This document shows positions 38,172-48,104 of a DNA stretch of 64,000 nt, one piece after another. How positions within the stretch are numbered: position 1 is the first letter of the stretch; the number at the start of each line of letters is the position of its first letter. The stretch comes from an uncultured Peptococcaceae bacterium. GTDB taxonomy: Bacteria; Bacillota; Dehalobacteriia; UBA4068; UBA4997. A program made the position numbers and the translations under genes. A model generated the notes under the pieces. That model did no database searches, had not been told where the DNA came from, and saw only the letters and a program-made list of their open reading frames with translations. The stretch lies in NCBI GenBank assembly GCA_964569265.1, contig CAZMTO010000001.1, forward strand, positions 3,995 to 67,994, in the 5' to 3' direction.

Positions 38172-39014
38172 TTACTTTCTGGTTCTGCGGCGGTGCTGCT
38201 TAGCTGCGGCAGGCTTAGCCTCAGCATCGGCTGCCTTATCTTCGGCGGCTTTTGCTTCTTTCAATTCTTTATTATGGCGGCGCTGCTCGCGGTTAGCTCT
38301 AACCTGCGCCTTAGAATTTTTGTTGGCCTGCTGCTCTAATTTTAAACGTTTTTCTTCGGTAAGCTCCTGCTGGCGTTTTTCCATACGGGCTTTTACGGGT
38401 TTGGTAACAACAATTTGCTGCAAAATACCAATAGCCGTAACAGAAAGCCAGTAAATACACAAAAACGCAGGGAACTTAGCAGCCATCCAGGCCATCATTG
38501 CCGGCATGGCAATTACCATATACCACTGCATAAACTGCTTTGGTCTGCCACTTATTACCAAACTTTGTATAAGTGTGCTGGCACCTACCAAAAATACCAT
38601 TATATAAGTGGTATCCACCTGCGCCAAATCAGGTATCCAAAAAAAGCGGTAATATTCCGGGTTAGAAGGTACAAAGTTGCTTAAGCCCCTGTATAAGCCG
38701 ATCAAAATAGGGAACTGAATAAGCATAGGCAAGCAGCCGGCCATAGGGTTAACACCGTAATCCTGATACAGCGTCATAGTTTTTTGCTGCATAACCTCGG
38801 GGTTGTTGGCATACTTGGCTCTTATTTCTTCTAACTGCGGCTGAATTTGCTGCATAGCAATGGTAGACTGCATTTGCTTAAAGTTTAGCGGCAGCAGCAA
38901 CATACGTATTACCACGGCAATTACGATAATTGCCACAGCATAGCTGGGAAACCCCAAACTCATAGTTATCTGAAAAAGTTTTTCCAGACAACCCGAAACA
39001 AATTCATCAAACAT
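38172..39014 (-). CDS. yidC: membrane protein insertase YidC/SpoIIIJ
   Basis: 280 aa Oxa1-family short form with five TM segments and a Lys-rich C-terminal tail. Confidence 0.88.
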   Translation of the reverse strand: MFDEFVSGCLEKLFQITMSLGFPSYAVAIIVIAVVIRMLLLPLNFKQMQSTIAMQQIQPQLEEIRAKYANNPEVMQQKTMTLYQDYGVNPMAGCLPMLIQFPILIGLYRGLSNFVPSNPEYYRFFWIPDLAQVDTTYIMVFLVGASTLIQSLVISGRPKQFMQWYMVIAMPAMMAWMAAKFPAFLCIYWLSVTAIGILQQIVVTKPVKARMEKRQQELTEEKRLKLEQQANKNSKAQVRANREQRRHNKELKEAKAAEDKAADAEAKPAAAKQHRRRTRK

Positions 39015-39079
39015 TAGTAAATTCCTTTTTATGTGTTACACTTTTAATGTAGCGATACTTTCAATTTAATAAAAAACAG

Positions 39080-39328
39080 CTATTTAACAGGGTCATACCC
39101 ACCTTTGTTAAAGGGATGACACCTTAATATGCGCCGAAAGGCCATCCACCCGCCCTTTAGCGGGCCATATTTGGTTATGGCATGTATGGCATAGGCCGAA
39201 CAGGTAGGATAAAACCTGCACCTTGCACCAATATACGGCGAAATAAACCACTGATAGCATTTTATCAGCAGTATCATTAAAAACTGTATAAGCCGCAACG
39301 GCGCGGCGATAATTTTTTTTAAGGGCAT
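39080..39328 (-). CDS. yidD: membrane protein insertion efficiency factor YidD
   Basis: [15 protein letters not shown]...HPF signature. Confidence 0.9.
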   Translation of the reverse strand: MPLKKIIAAPLRLIQFLMILLIKCYQWFISPYIGARCRFYPTCSAYAIHAITKYGPLKGGWMAFRRILRCHPFNKGGYDPVK

Positions 39329-39364
39329 AGCAATTACCCCAAAGCCAAAAGCCGCTTTAAAGTG

Positions 39365-39709
39365 TTATCTGGGCTTTAGCCCGGCGGCATTTACCGCTTT
39401 TTTTATACGGTTGCGAAGGCTCTCCACTGTTTGCTCCTTCGCGGCCTGCCTTGCTATAAGTACATAATCATACCCCGGCACAAAAGCCGCAAGCTCTAAT
39501 CGGCAGGCTTCTCTCAGCCTTCTTTTTACAAGGTTGCGCTCCACGGCTTTGCCTATCTTTTTAGATACCGAAAAGCCTATGCGCATACCCTTTTTGGCAT
39601 ACGATTGCCTGTAGCATAACACAAAGGCCGGATTTTTCAGCGACTTTCCGCTTTTATATACCCGCCGAAAATCCTGCCTTCTTTTTAAACGGTTTTCCTG
39701 CTTTAACAT
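39365..39709 (-). CDS. rnpA: ribonuclease P protein component
   Basis: 114 aa basic protein containing LKRRQDFRRVYKSGKS, following rpmH. Confidence 0.9.
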   Translation of the reverse strand: MLKQENRLKRRQDFRRVYKSGKSLKNPAFVLCYRQSYAKKGMRIGFSVSKKIGKAVERNLVKRRLREACRLELAAFVPGYDYVLIARQAAKEQTVESLRNRIKKAVNAAGLKPR

Positions 39710-39754
39710 AGCTTACACTTCTCTATTAAACTGATTATAGCGGTTTGCCGGCAA

Positions 39755-39889
39755 TTAAGCAGACAAAACCTTGCGGCCCTTTGCACGGCGGCGGGCTAAA
39801 ACCTTGCGGCCGTTTTTGCTGCTCATTCTGGCCAAAAAGCCATGAACTCTTTTATGCACGCGGTTTTTCGGCTGATAAGTTCTTTTCAT
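39755..39889 (-). CDS. rpmH: 50S ribosomal protein L34
   Basis: Minus-strand translation [44 protein letters not shown] (44 aa). It is missed by the 60-aa ORF track. RBS GGAGGG is present, and an alternative ATG lies 3 nt upstream. Confidence 0.92.
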   Translation of the reverse strand: MKRTYQPKNRVHKRVHGFLARMSSKNGRKVLARRRAKGRKVLSA

Positions 39890-39892
39890 CAT

Positions 39893-40214
39893 CAATCCCT
39901 CCATTCTTTATGATGATCTTCCATAATTATCCCTGATATTGTGACTAAGCCCGGCTGTTGTTTGCGGCACATTTGCCATATTTGCCCACACTTGGCCATA
40001 GTAACAGGTAAATTATATCATAATCAAAAATATGCTTTTTGTCAAGACCATATTAAAAAAAGATAATTAAATTAGTTTTAACTTTTCCACAAAAATGCAT
40101 TGCAAAAGTGGATAATTTTTGGTATTATAAATAAGCAATTGATTTTGGGGCGGCATTTTGTCCCCAAAGTGGGGATTGTTTCCCCAATTTTGTTAATATT
40201 TACAGGTGATTATT
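39893..40214. promoter_or_regulatory. oriC upstream part (rpmH-dnaA intergenic) with DnaA boxes
   Basis: TTTTCCACA at 40084-40092 and AGTGGATAA (reverse) at 40106-40114, plus weaker boxes at 39968-39990. It includes the dnaA promoter region. Confidence 0.7.
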
Positions 40215-41564
40215 ATGAAGTACGAGCTTTGGCCGCAAATTTTGCAGGAACTTGCGGCACATTTAAGTCAGGAAACTATAAACCGCTGGTTTATGAACGT
40301 TATTGATGCGGAAAAAAACGGCAACACCTTATATCTAAAGGTACATACCGAAACCCAGGCCGACTGGATGATAAACCATTACACACCCTTTTTGCAGGAA
40401 AGTGTTAATAAGGTTGCCGGCGAATCTTTAGACATAAGCTACATAACCAACGATGATGCCGCAGCCGGCCGTATGGAGCCGGCGCAGCAAACGCCCATAT
40501 CCTTCAGCGACAGTTATTCTTTTGCGCAAAACAGCAACATAAGCCGCTTTAACCCGCGCTACACCTTTGAAAGCTTTGTGGTGGGCAGCAGCAACCGTTT
40601 TGCCCACGCCGCCGCTTTGGCCGTAGCCGATAAACCGGCCAAAAATTATAACCCGCTGTTTTTATATGGCGGCAGCGGCCTTGGCAAAACCCACCTTATG
40701 CACGCCATTGCACACCGCATATTGTCGGTTAGGCCCAACACCAACATTTTGTACACCTCTACCGAAACCTTTACCAACGACTTTATAGTTATGGTACGAG
40801 ACGGCAAAATGGACAACTTTAAAGACAAATATCGCTACACCGATATTCTGCTGATTGACGATATTCAGTTTTTGGCCGGCAAAGATAAAGTGCAGGAAGA
40901 ATTCTTCCACACCTTTAATGCTTTGTATGAACAGGGCAAGCAGATAGTTATCAGCTCGGATAGAAACCCCAAGGAAATTGCCACGCTGGAAGAACGTCTG
41001 CGTTCTCGCTTTGAAGGCGGCCTGATAACCGATATTCAACCGCCGGATTTAGAAACCCGTATTGCTATTTTGCAGTATAAAGCCAAAATGGAAAATCTTA
41101 AAATTACCGAAGATTCCATAAGCTACATTGCCAGCAATATTCCTTCTAACATCCGCGAGCTGGAGGGCGCACTTAACCGTGTAAAATATTATGCCATTGT
41201 CAACGAATCTAAAATTATTGATTTGGGACTTACGCAAAAGGCTATGGACGATATTTTGCCCAACAAAAAACGCCAGGCTCTAACCCCGGCGCTGATAAAA
41301 GACAGTGTTGCCAGCTACTTCAACATTCAAAGCAAAGACCTTGCATCGCCCCGGCGTGACCAGAGCATTACCAAGCCGCGGCACATTGCCATGTATCTGT
41401 GCCAGACGCTGCTTAATATGAGCCTAAACGAAATAGGGGAAAACTTTGGCAAGCGCGACCATACCACCGTGCTGCACGGCACCAAAAAAATTACCAACGA
41501 TTTGCAGACCGACGTTAACCTGCAAAAAAACATAAAAGAGCTTACCGAGCTGATAACCGGCTAA
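40215..41564 (+). CDS. dnaA: chromosomal replication initiator DnaA
   Basis: AAA+ Walker A GGSGLGKTHL and a C-terminal DNA-binding domain. The start is MKYELW, which has RBS AGGTGA and is 9 nt inside the listed ORF. Confidence 0.95.
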   Translation: MKYELWPQILQELAAHLSQETINRWFMNVIDAEKNGNTLYLKVHTETQADWMINHYTPFLQESVNKVAGESLDISYITNDDAAAGRMEPAQQTPISFSDSYSFAQNSNISRFNPRYTFESFVVGSSNRFAHAAALAVADKPAKNYNPLFLYGGSGLGKTHLMHAIAHRILSVRPNTNILYTSTETFTNDFIVMVRDGKMDNFKDKYRYTDILLIDDIQFLAGKDKVQEEFFHTFNALYEQGKQIVISSDRNPKEIATLEERLRSRFEGGLITDIQPPDLETRIAILQYKAKMENLKITEDSISYIASNIPSNIRELEGALNRVKYYAIVNESKIIDLGLTQKAMDDILPNKKRQALTPALIKDSVASYFNIQSKDLASPRRDQSITKPRHIAMYLCQTLLNMSLNEIGENFGKRDHTTVLHGTKKITNDLQTDVNLQKNIKELTELITG

Positions 41565-41586
41565 GCTGTTAACACCAAAATTTAAA

Positions 41587-41627
41587 AAAGCTTTTCATCT
41601 GGAAAACAGGTGAAAAGCTTTTTTTGT
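41587..41627 (+). terminator. intrinsic terminator after dnaA
   Basis: AAAAGCTTTTCA/TGAAAAGCTTTT 12-bp stem with a 13-nt loop, followed by TTTTT. Confidence 0.8.
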
Positions 41628-41631
41628 GCAG

Positions 41632-41988
41632 CAAAACAGTGTAAATATTAAAGGTTGTATTTTTTGGGGATATATAGTATAATAACCCTACAACGTTTTT
41701 GGTTATCCACAGAGTTTTTAACAATTCTGGAAAACTTTTAAACTTTACACGTTGATTTTTTGGGGATTATAAAATTCGGTGTTGGATAATTGATTTTTTT
41801 CAACAAAATGTTTATAATTTTTAACAGGCTTTTCCCAGCCGTCAAAGCCGCACGGTTTCTGGTTTTCCAGAGGTTTTAAACATTTTTAACAACACCTAAT
41901 ACTACTACTGCTAAACTTTATAATAATAATAATATATGCAGCGTAAATTTTACTTATTACCAATTACACAATTTTTAAGGAGACCGCT
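41632..41988. promoter_or_regulatory. oriC downstream part (dnaA-dnaN intergenic) with a perfect DnaA box and an AT-rich DUE
   Basis: TTATCCACA at 41703-41711, gTTGGATAA at 41781-41789, TTTTCCAGA at 41871, and an AT-rich tract at 41895-41940 (ACTACTACTGCTAAACTTTATAATAATAATAATATATG). Confidence 0.75.
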
Positions 41989-43098
41989 ATGAATTTTAAC
42001 TGCCAAAAGGAAGATCTGCTTTACGGCGTACAGATAATCGGCAAAGCCATATCTTCTAAAAACACCATGCCCATACTTAACGGTATATTGATTATTGCCG
42101 AAGACCAGCAAATTACACTTAGAGCAACCGACCTTGATATTGCTGTTCAATGTTCGGTACCGGCCGATGTAGCAGAGGAGGGCAAGCTGGTTATTGCCGA
42201 CGGCAAACGTTTTATTGACATTGTACGCCAGTTGCCTAACAACAATATCAACATAAGCCTGATAAACGACTGTGATATTAACATTAACTACGGCATTTCT
42301 TCTATCAATGTAAAAGGCTTTGAAAGTGAACAGTTTCCGCAGTTGCCCGATATGCAGGGTGATGTAAGCGGCACTATGCCGGGCAGCGTGTTTGCCCGCG
42401 TTACCAAGCAAACATCTATTGCTGCTGCCAATGATGATATTCAGCCGATACTTACCGGCATTATGATGGACATTAAAGGTGCCGATGTTAATTTTGTGGC
42501 AACCGATTTTCATCGCCTTACCATGACCAAAAGCGTATGGCAAACCGCCAACACCGCCGCAGTGCAGGTTATTGTTCCGGTAAAAACCATGTTAGAGGCT
42601 GCTGCCCTGGCAGACGGCGAAGAAGTTGTGGAGCTTACCATTAACCGCAGCAATATTTGCTTTACCATTGGTTCTACCATTATAATCTCGCGGCTTATCT
42701 CCGGTCAGTTCCCGGACTATATGTCGATTATACCCAAAGAGGAAATTCTGGTACACCGGATTTTTGTTGATAAAAACCTGCTTAACAGCTCGCTTAAACG
42801 TGCCAGCATTTTAAGCAAAGATGCCAACAATACCGTAAGGCTGGAATTTAAGCCCGAACAGATTATTATGACGGCCAACACCAGCGAAATCGGCAATATC
42901 AGAGAAATTATACCTGCTAACGTTGCCGGTGATGACCTGCTGGTTGGTTATAACCTTAAATATATTTTAGACTTTTTGCGTGTAAGCACCGGCGACGGCG
43001 TATACCTTAAGCTGTCCGGTAATCTTACCCCCGGCACTATGACTGAGGAAGATAACGAAGGCTTTGTTTATATTATTTTGCCTTTAAGATTGGTTTAA
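41989..43098 (+). CDS. dnaN: DNA polymerase III beta sliding clamp
   Basis: 369 aa with three-domain beta-clamp architecture. Confidence 0.93.
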   Translation: MNFNCQKEDLLYGVQIIGKAISSKNTMPILNGILIIAEDQQITLRATDLDIAVQCSVPADVAEEGKLVIADGKRFIDIVRQLPNNNINISLINDCDININYGISSINVKGFESEQFPQLPDMQGDVSGTMPGSVFARVTKQTSIAAANDDIQPILTGIMMDIKGADVNFVATDFHRLTMTKSVWQTANTAAVQVIVPVKTMLEAAALADGEEVVELTINRSNICFTIGSTIIISRLISGQFPDYMSIIPKEEILVHRIFVDKNLLNSSLKRASILSKDANNTVRLEFKPEQIIMTANTSEIGNIREIIPANVAGDDLLVGYNLKYILDFLRVSTGDGVYLKLSGNLTPGTMTEEDNEGFVYIILPLRLV

Positions 43099-43127
43099 TT
43101 AAAATATAATAGCGTTGGTGTAAAATT

Positions 43128-43349
43128 ATGCATAAAGTAACAGTTCAAAGGTTCCCCATAACGGTGGTGCAGTTTTTAAAGTGGGCCGGTGCGGTGTTAA
43201 CCGGCGGCGAAGCTAAAGAGCTGGTGAGAGAGGGTTACATAAAGGTTAACGGCAGCGTGTGCAGCGTTGCCGGGCATAAGCTGGCCCCCGGCGATACCGT
43301 AGAAATTTTGGGAGAAGAAGATATTTGCTATTTGGTGGCACAGGAATAA
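43128..43349 (+). CDS. yaaA: S4-domain RNA-binding protein (YaaA-like)
   Basis: 73 aa. FLKWAGAVLTGGEAKELVREGYIKVNG is an S4 fold. It sits in the conserved dnaN-recF position. Confidence 0.8.
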   Translation: MHKVTVQRFPITVVQFLKWAGAVLTGGEAKELVREGYIKVNGSVCSVAGHKLAPGDTVEILGEEDICYLVAQE

Positions 43350-43437
43350 AAAAAGTAGGCGTACAAGCTTTGTGCGCCTATTTGTTTCGGTAAAAATATA
43401 ATGTTTTACATAATATTTGGCAGAGGAGGAAGAAAGG

Positions 43438-44565
43438 TTGCTGCAATTAAATAATTTGCTGCTGCGTAATTTTCGCAATTATAAAGAACAGCAGCTTAAT
43501 TTTCATCCTAAGCTTAATATTATTTGCGGTGATAACGCTCAGGGCAAAACCAATTTGTTAGAAGCTATTGCCTATTTAAGCCTGGGATCATCGTTTAGAG
43601 AGCAAAGCGAGGATAAAATAAAAAACCGCAACAGTGACTTCTTTTTTTTAAAAGCCCTGCTTTGCACCAAAGACGGTGAACACAGCCTGTCGGCAGGGTA
43701 TCAGCGGCGGCAGCGCTTTTGGAAGAAGGACGAAGTTCCCTGTAAAAAAATAAGTGAAGTAGCCGGCTTGTTGCATACGGTGGTTTTTCAGCCGGAAGAT
43801 TTGGAGCTGGTTAAAAAAGGGCCGGAGATAAGGCGCCATTTTTTGGATAGGGAAATGATACAGCTTTACAGCGGCTACCATATTTATTTGGGCAATTATA
43901 AAAAAGCCCTGCTGCAACGCAACAATTTTTTAAAGCAGCTTGATTTTACCGTAAAAGATGCCGATGAGCAGCTTGCGGTTTGGGAAGAACAGCTTGCCAA
44001 AAACGGTGCCCAAATAATTTATCGGCGGCAAAAAATTATTGAAAGGCTGGGCCAAATAAGCCGGCAAATACACAGCGACCTTACCGGCGGTGCCGAAGAA
44101 TTGACCATAAAGTATGTTTGCGGTGCTGCGGATGTTGGTACACTGCCGATGCCGGCAGAACAAATTGCCGAAAACCTGCGGCAGGCGTATGCTGCCGGGC
44201 GGGATGAGGATAAGCGACGGCGTTTAACATTGCTTGGCCCGCACCGCGACGATTTTAGAATTTATATTAACGGCACAGATGCGCGCTACTTTGGTTCTCA
44301 GGGGCAGCAGCGCACGGCGGCTTTGGCCTTAAAGCTTTCGGAAGTTGAATTGGTGTGGCAGGAATCTGTCTATTACCCGCTGCTTTTGTTAGATGATGTG
44401 TTTTCGGAGTTGGATGCCGGCCGCCGCAAGGCACTTTTGCGGCTTATGCTTAATAAAGCACAGATATTTATAACCGCAACCGAAGCAGGCACCGATTTAA
44501 GCGCGGTGCCCAGTGTGGATTATTTTATGTTTAATGTGCAAAACGGGCTGGCAAGGCGTGTTTAA
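43438..44565 (+). CDS. recF: DNA replication and repair protein RecF
   Basis: Walker A GDNAQGKTNLLEA and a C-terminal SMC-like signature. The probable TTG start at 43438 lies 8 nt after GAGGAGG. The ORF track starts at an upstream TTG at 43417. Confidence 0.9.
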   Translation: MLQLNNLLLRNFRNYKEQQLNFHPKLNIICGDNAQGKTNLLEAIAYLSLGSSFREQSEDKIKNRNSDFFFLKALLCTKDGEHSLSAGYQRRQRFWKKDEVPCKKISEVAGLLHTVVFQPEDLELVKKGPEIRRHFLDREMIQLYSGYHIYLGNYKKALLQRNNFLKQLDFTVKDADEQLAVWEEQLAKNGAQIIYRRQKIIERLGQISRQIHSDLTGGAEELTIKYVCGAADVGTLPMPAEQIAENLRQAYAAGRDEDKRRRLTLLGPHRDDFRIYINGTDARYFGSQGQQRTAALALKLSEVELVWQESVYYPLLLLDDVFSELDAGRRKALLRLMLNKAQIFITATEAGTDLSAVPSVDYFMFNVQNGLARRV

Positions 44566-44685
44566 ATAAAGCTTTTACAGAGGTTTTAAACAGCAAGTAC
44601 AGGTAATTTACCGCAGTGGGCTGCTAAAAGCCGTTAAAAACAATTTTAGACACCTTAGCGGCGGTTAAAAACAAGTGGATAACTA

Positions 44686-44724
44686 AAAAAACCTTTGCCT
44701 TATTACAGACAAAGGTTTTTATTT
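44686..44724. terminator. bidirectional intrinsic terminator between recF (+) and the ABC ATPase gene (-)
   Basis: ACCTTTG/CAAAGGT stem with an A-run before and a T-run after. Confidence 0.65.
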
Positions 44725-44738
44725 GCTTTATTTACTGC

Positions 44739-45524
44739 TCAGCTTTTAAGCACCGAACGTAAAAAGCTTTTAAGCCGGTCGCTTTGCGGTGCATCAAATA
44801 TCTGCTGCGGTGTACCCTGTTCAACAATGCGGCCGTCGGCCATAAACAGTACACGGTCGGCAACTTCTTTGGCAAAGCCCATTTCGTGGGTAACAATTAT
44901 CATCGTCATTTCTTCTTTGGCCAGCTTTTTAATAACGCTAAGCACTTCGCCGGTAATTTCCGGGTCTAACGCCGAGGTCGGCTCGTCAAACAGCATTACA
45001 GTCGGGTTCATTGCCAGACCGCGGGCAATAGCCACACGCTGTTTTTGTCCGCCGCTTAGCTGGCCGGGATAAACATCGGCTTTATCAGCCAAATCTACCA
45101 TTGCCAGCAGGCGTTTTGCTTCTGCTTCGGCAGTGGCTTTATCCTGTTTTTTTACTTTTATGGGGGCATAGGTGATGTTTTTTAAGCAGGTCATATGCGG
45201 AAAAAGGTTAAAATGCTGAAAAATCATACCGATTTCACTGCAAATGCGGCGCACTTCTTTTTCCGGTGCATATTCGGCTTTACCGTTGGTTGATGTAACC
45301 ATAGCTTCGCCGTCAACGGTAATTTCGCCGCTGTCAATTTTTTCCAGATAATTAAGCGAGCGCAAAAAGGTGCTTTTGCCGCTGCCGGATGGCCCGATGA
45401 TAGCAATGGTTTCGCCGCGGTTAACGGTTAAAGAAACATCTTTAAGCACTGTTAAATCGCCAAAGCTTTTTACAATATTTTTGGCAGCTATAATCGGCTG
45501 ATTGCAATTTGCATTGTTGTTCAC
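44739..45524 (-). CDS. amino acid ABC transporter ATP-binding protein (GlnQ/HisP-like)
   Basis: Walker [10 protein letters not shown], signature LSGGQKQR and Walker [12 protein letters not shown]. Confidence 0.9.
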   Translation of the reverse strand: MNNNANCNQPIIAAKNIVKSFGDLTVLKDVSLTVNRGETIAIIGPSGSGKSTFLRSLNYLEKIDSGEITVDGEAMVTSTNGKAEYAPEKEVRRICSEIGMIFQHFNLFPHMTCLKNITYAPIKVKKQDKATAEAEAKRLLAMVDLADKADVYPGQLSGGQKQRVAIARGLAMNPTVMLFDEPTSALDPEITGEVLSVIKKLAKEEMTMIIVTHEMGFAKEVADRVLFMADGRIVEQGTPQQIFDAPQSDRLKSFLRSVLKS

Positions 45525-45537
45525 AGGCTCACCCCCC

Positions 45538-46227
45538 TTAATTATTGCGAACTTCGTGCTTGGAAAATTTCTTTTCCAGACGGTAAGAGTATTTGGTTAA
45601 AACTATGTTAAGGATAAGATATATAACGGCGGCCACCAAAAACGGCATAACGCTGCCGTCGCGGTTCATGGCCGAGCGAGAATTTTTCATCAAATCGGCT
45701 ACACCAATGGTAGAAACCAGCGCGGTATCTTTAACCAGCGTAATCATCTCGTTGGTTACGGCGGGCAGCACACGCTTTACAGTCTGCGGAATAATAATGC
45801 CGAACATTGTCTGACGTTGAGTTAAACCAAGGCAGGCTGCGGCTTCGTACTGGCCGCGCTCAATAGAGCCGATGCCGCCGCGGTAAATTTCGGAAAGATA
45901 AGCGGCATAGTTAAGCACAAAGGCAATAACGGCTGCGGTAAGCTCCGGCAGACGAATGTTAAAGTAAATGGGCAGCATAAAGTAGATGAAGAAAAGCTGC
46001 AACATAAGCGGTGTGCCGCGGAACAGGCAAACATAGCCGCGGCAAAACCAGCGCAGCGGCAAAAAACGTGAATCACTGCCCAGTGCCAGCGGTAAGCCCA
46101 GCGGTATAGAGAAAATAAGTGTCATAAAAAACACAACCAGCGTAATTTTTGTACCCGCCAACAGAGAAGGCAAAATCAGTGTAATGTAATCCAAAATATA
46201 TCCATCCTTAAAGCAATAATAAAGCAC
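45538..46227 (-). CDS. amino acid ABC transporter permease (polar amino acid, HisMQ family)
   Basis: 229 aa with five TM segments and the EAA-like loop motif. Confidence 0.85.
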   Translation of the reverse strand: MLYYCFKDGYILDYITLILPSLLAGTKITLVVFFMTLIFSIPLGLPLALGSDSRFLPLRWFCRGYVCLFRGTPLMLQLFFIYFMLPIYFNIRLPELTAAVIAFVLNYAAYLSEIYRGGIGSIERGQYEAAACLGLTQRQTMFGIIIPQTVKRVLPAVTNEMITLVKDTALVSTIGVADLMKNSRSAMNRDGSVMPFLVAAVIYLILNIVLTKYSYRLEKKFSKHEVRNN

Positions 46228-46305
46228 CTACAGCAAGAATACGGCAAGGCTAATAAGCAGCCTTGCCGCAAGCTTGTTATTTAAATTTGTTTGGTATACC
46301 AAATG

Positions 46306-47121
46306 TTAGTCCTGCAAAATAACGATGTTGGTGCCGAACCATTTTTCGGAGATTTCGGCAGCGGTTCCGTTATCAATAAGGGTCTGAATAGCTTCGTTGA
46401 TCTTTTCGGCTACATCGGTTTCGCCCTTGCGGCAACCGATAGCATAAAAGTCATCGCCAAAGTCAAAGTTCATAACCTTCATAGTGCCGCCCATATTGGC
46501 GTTTTTGTATTCGCCCAAAACCTGGTCTACAACAATAGCCTGTACGCGGCCGCCCTGCATTGCCAAAATAGCTTCGTCATAGGTGGGCAGCTCTAATACG
46601 TTAGACTGGAAGTTTTCCCAGTTTTCAGCAGCCTGCATAGTTTCCAAAGCAGCACTGTCGGCCTGAGTACCTAAGGTTACGTTTACCAAATCTTCAGCAG
46701 AATTGATCTCCAGATTTTCGTCCAGGGTCATAATAACAATTTTGTTGTTAAGGTACTTTTTGGTCAGCGAGTAAGCTTCCTGACGTTCGGGGGTAGCCGA
46801 CATGCCGTTCCAGATGCAGTCAATGTTTTTGCTGGTAAGCTCCATATCCTTGGCATCCCAGTCAATAGGACTGAATTCTACATCTACACCCAAAACCTCA
46901 CCTGCGGCAGTTGCCAAATCAATGTCAAAGCCTACCAATTCATTGTTGGTATCGCGGAAGCCCATCGGTGCGAAGGTATCATCCAAGCCGATTACCAATG
47001 TACCCTTGTCGGCGATGTAATCCCAACCGGTAGAAGCATCATTGCCGGCAGAACCGCCGCAACCGGCCAGCATGGTAATTGTCATCAACATACAACCTAA
47101 AAGTGCTAAAAATTTCTTCAT
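46306..47121 (-). CDS. amino acid ABC transporter substrate-binding lipoprotein
   Basis: Signal peptide plus lipobox LAGCGGS and an SBP_bac_3 fold (...GFDIDLA...). Confidence 0.85.
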   Translation of the reverse strand: MKKFLALLGCMLMTITMLAGCGGSAGNDASTGWDYIADKGTLVIGLDDTFAPMGFRDTNNELVGFDIDLATAAGEVLGVDVEFSPIDWDAKDMELTSKNIDCIWNGMSATPERQEAYSLTKKYLNNKIVIMTLDENLEINSAEDLVNVTLGTQADSAALETMQAAENWENFQSNVLELPTYDEAILAMQGGRVQAIVVDQVLGEYKNANMGGTMKVMNFDFGDDFYAIGCRKGETDVAEKINEAIQTLIDNGTAAEISEKWFGTNIVILQD

Positions 47122-47315
47122 CTTAAACCTCTCCTTTTTTTGTAAAAAATTTAAATATTTAAGCGGCTTGTGTTTACCGCTTTACTACGCTAAAGTGATA
47201 ATAACATAAACAACAGTTAATGTCAATAGTTTTTTATAAAAAATTTTAAAAATAATGATTGCAAAGACAAATTTGTTGTGGTATAATTAAAAAGCTTGAT
47301 ACACAAGTTAATCTT

Positions 47316-47392
47316 CGAGGTGTGGCTCAGTTTGGTAGAGCGCTGCGTTCGGGACGCAGAGGCCGCAGGTTCGAATCCTGTCACCTCGACCA
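47316..47392 (+). tRNA. tRNA-Pro (anticodon CGG)
   Basis: Acceptor CGAGGTG/CACCTCG, anticodon stem CTGCG/CGCAG with loop ttCGGga, GGTTCGAATCC T-arm, and encoded CCA. A TTGCAA...TGGTATAAT promoter lies upstream. Confidence 0.9.
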
Positions 47393-47429
47393 CATAAAAC
47401 AGGCTCACTCCGTCAGGGGTGGGCTTATT

Positions 47430-47648
47430 TTATATTTCTTCGCCGGTGTCGTTCATTAAAAAACCGGCTTTATATGTGCAGTTTAATGCTTTGGCAATTT
47501 GCCTAAGGTCTTTTTCTGTAAAATTGTCACGGCTCATTTTGTTAGATAAATTTTGTCGTGATTGACCTATTTTTTCTGCTAATTCACCAAGTGTCATATT
47601 GCGGCGTTTTAACATAATGCGAATTTTTTCTCCCATCGTTAAAAACAT
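47430..47648 (-). CDS. XRE-family HTH transcriptional regulator (AT-rich islet)
   Basis: 72 aa. LGELAEKIGQSRQNLSNKMSR is a Cro/C1 HTH. RBS AAAGGAGA lies 8 nt before MFLTMGEK. Local GC is about 33%, against about 52% in the flanks. Confidence 0.7.
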   Translation of the reverse strand: MFLTMGEKIRIMLKRRNMTLGELAEKIGQSRQNLSNKMSRDNFTEKDLRQIAKALNCTYKAGFLMNDTGEEI

Positions 47649-47732
47649 TGCAGATGTCTCCTTTAGTCTAGTTAATATATTTACATTATACATTTTTTAA
47701 TGGAATTTAACAATAAATAATTATAATAGGTA

Positions 47733-47761
47733 TTGACAAATGAAACTTTAAAGTGTATAAT
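47733..47761 (+). promoter_or_regulatory. perfect consensus sigma-70 promoter TTGACA-17-TATAAT
   Basis: TTGACA at 47733-47738, a 17-nt spacer, and TATAAT at 47756-47761. It is divergent from the XRE gene. Confidence 0.6.
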
Positions 47762-47793
47762 CTAAATAAAAATTGTTTAGGTGGCGGTACTTT

Positions 47794-48051
47794 ATGGTTG
47801 AAAAATTTTCAATGTATAAGTTATCACAGTTAATTGAAGATATAAGCTGGTGTAAGTACGAAATAATTCAAATAAGGGCGCTAAATTTAGCTGTTGCACA
47901 ATCTTGTGAAATAAATAGTGTTGCATCAGAAGAATATGCCCCGGCGCTATATGCCATATATGATAAAATTGGTGATTTGTTAGAAAAGGTTACAGAAATT
48001 GGAGATAAAACTACAGATTATTTGTATATCAGTAATGATTTTTATTCATAA
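47794..48051 (+). CDS. hypothetical 85-aa protein (AT-rich islet)
   Basis: RBS AGGTGG lies 9 nt before the ATG. It has AT-rich codon usage and no recognisable motif. A terminator follows. Confidence 0.45.
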   Translation: MVEKFSMYKLSQLIEDISWCKYEIIQIRALNLAVAQSCEINSVASEEYAPALYAIYDKIGDLLEKVTEIGDKTTDYLYISNDFYS

Positions 48052-48060
48052 TTTACAAAC

Positions 48061-48100
48061 AAAGGCGATAGCTGCAAAAGCTACCGCCTTTAAATTTGTT
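48061..48100. terminator. bidirectional terminator between the islet ORF (+) and xfp (-)
   Basis: GGCGATAGC/GCTACCGCC stem with loop TGCAAAA, an A-run on one side and a T-run on the other. Confidence 0.6.
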
Positions 48101-48104
48101 GGGT

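Noticed and set aside
39745-39936. 63-aa plus-strand ORF
   Set aside because: It overlaps rpmH on the opposite strand. The rpmH reading gives a canonical L34 sequence.
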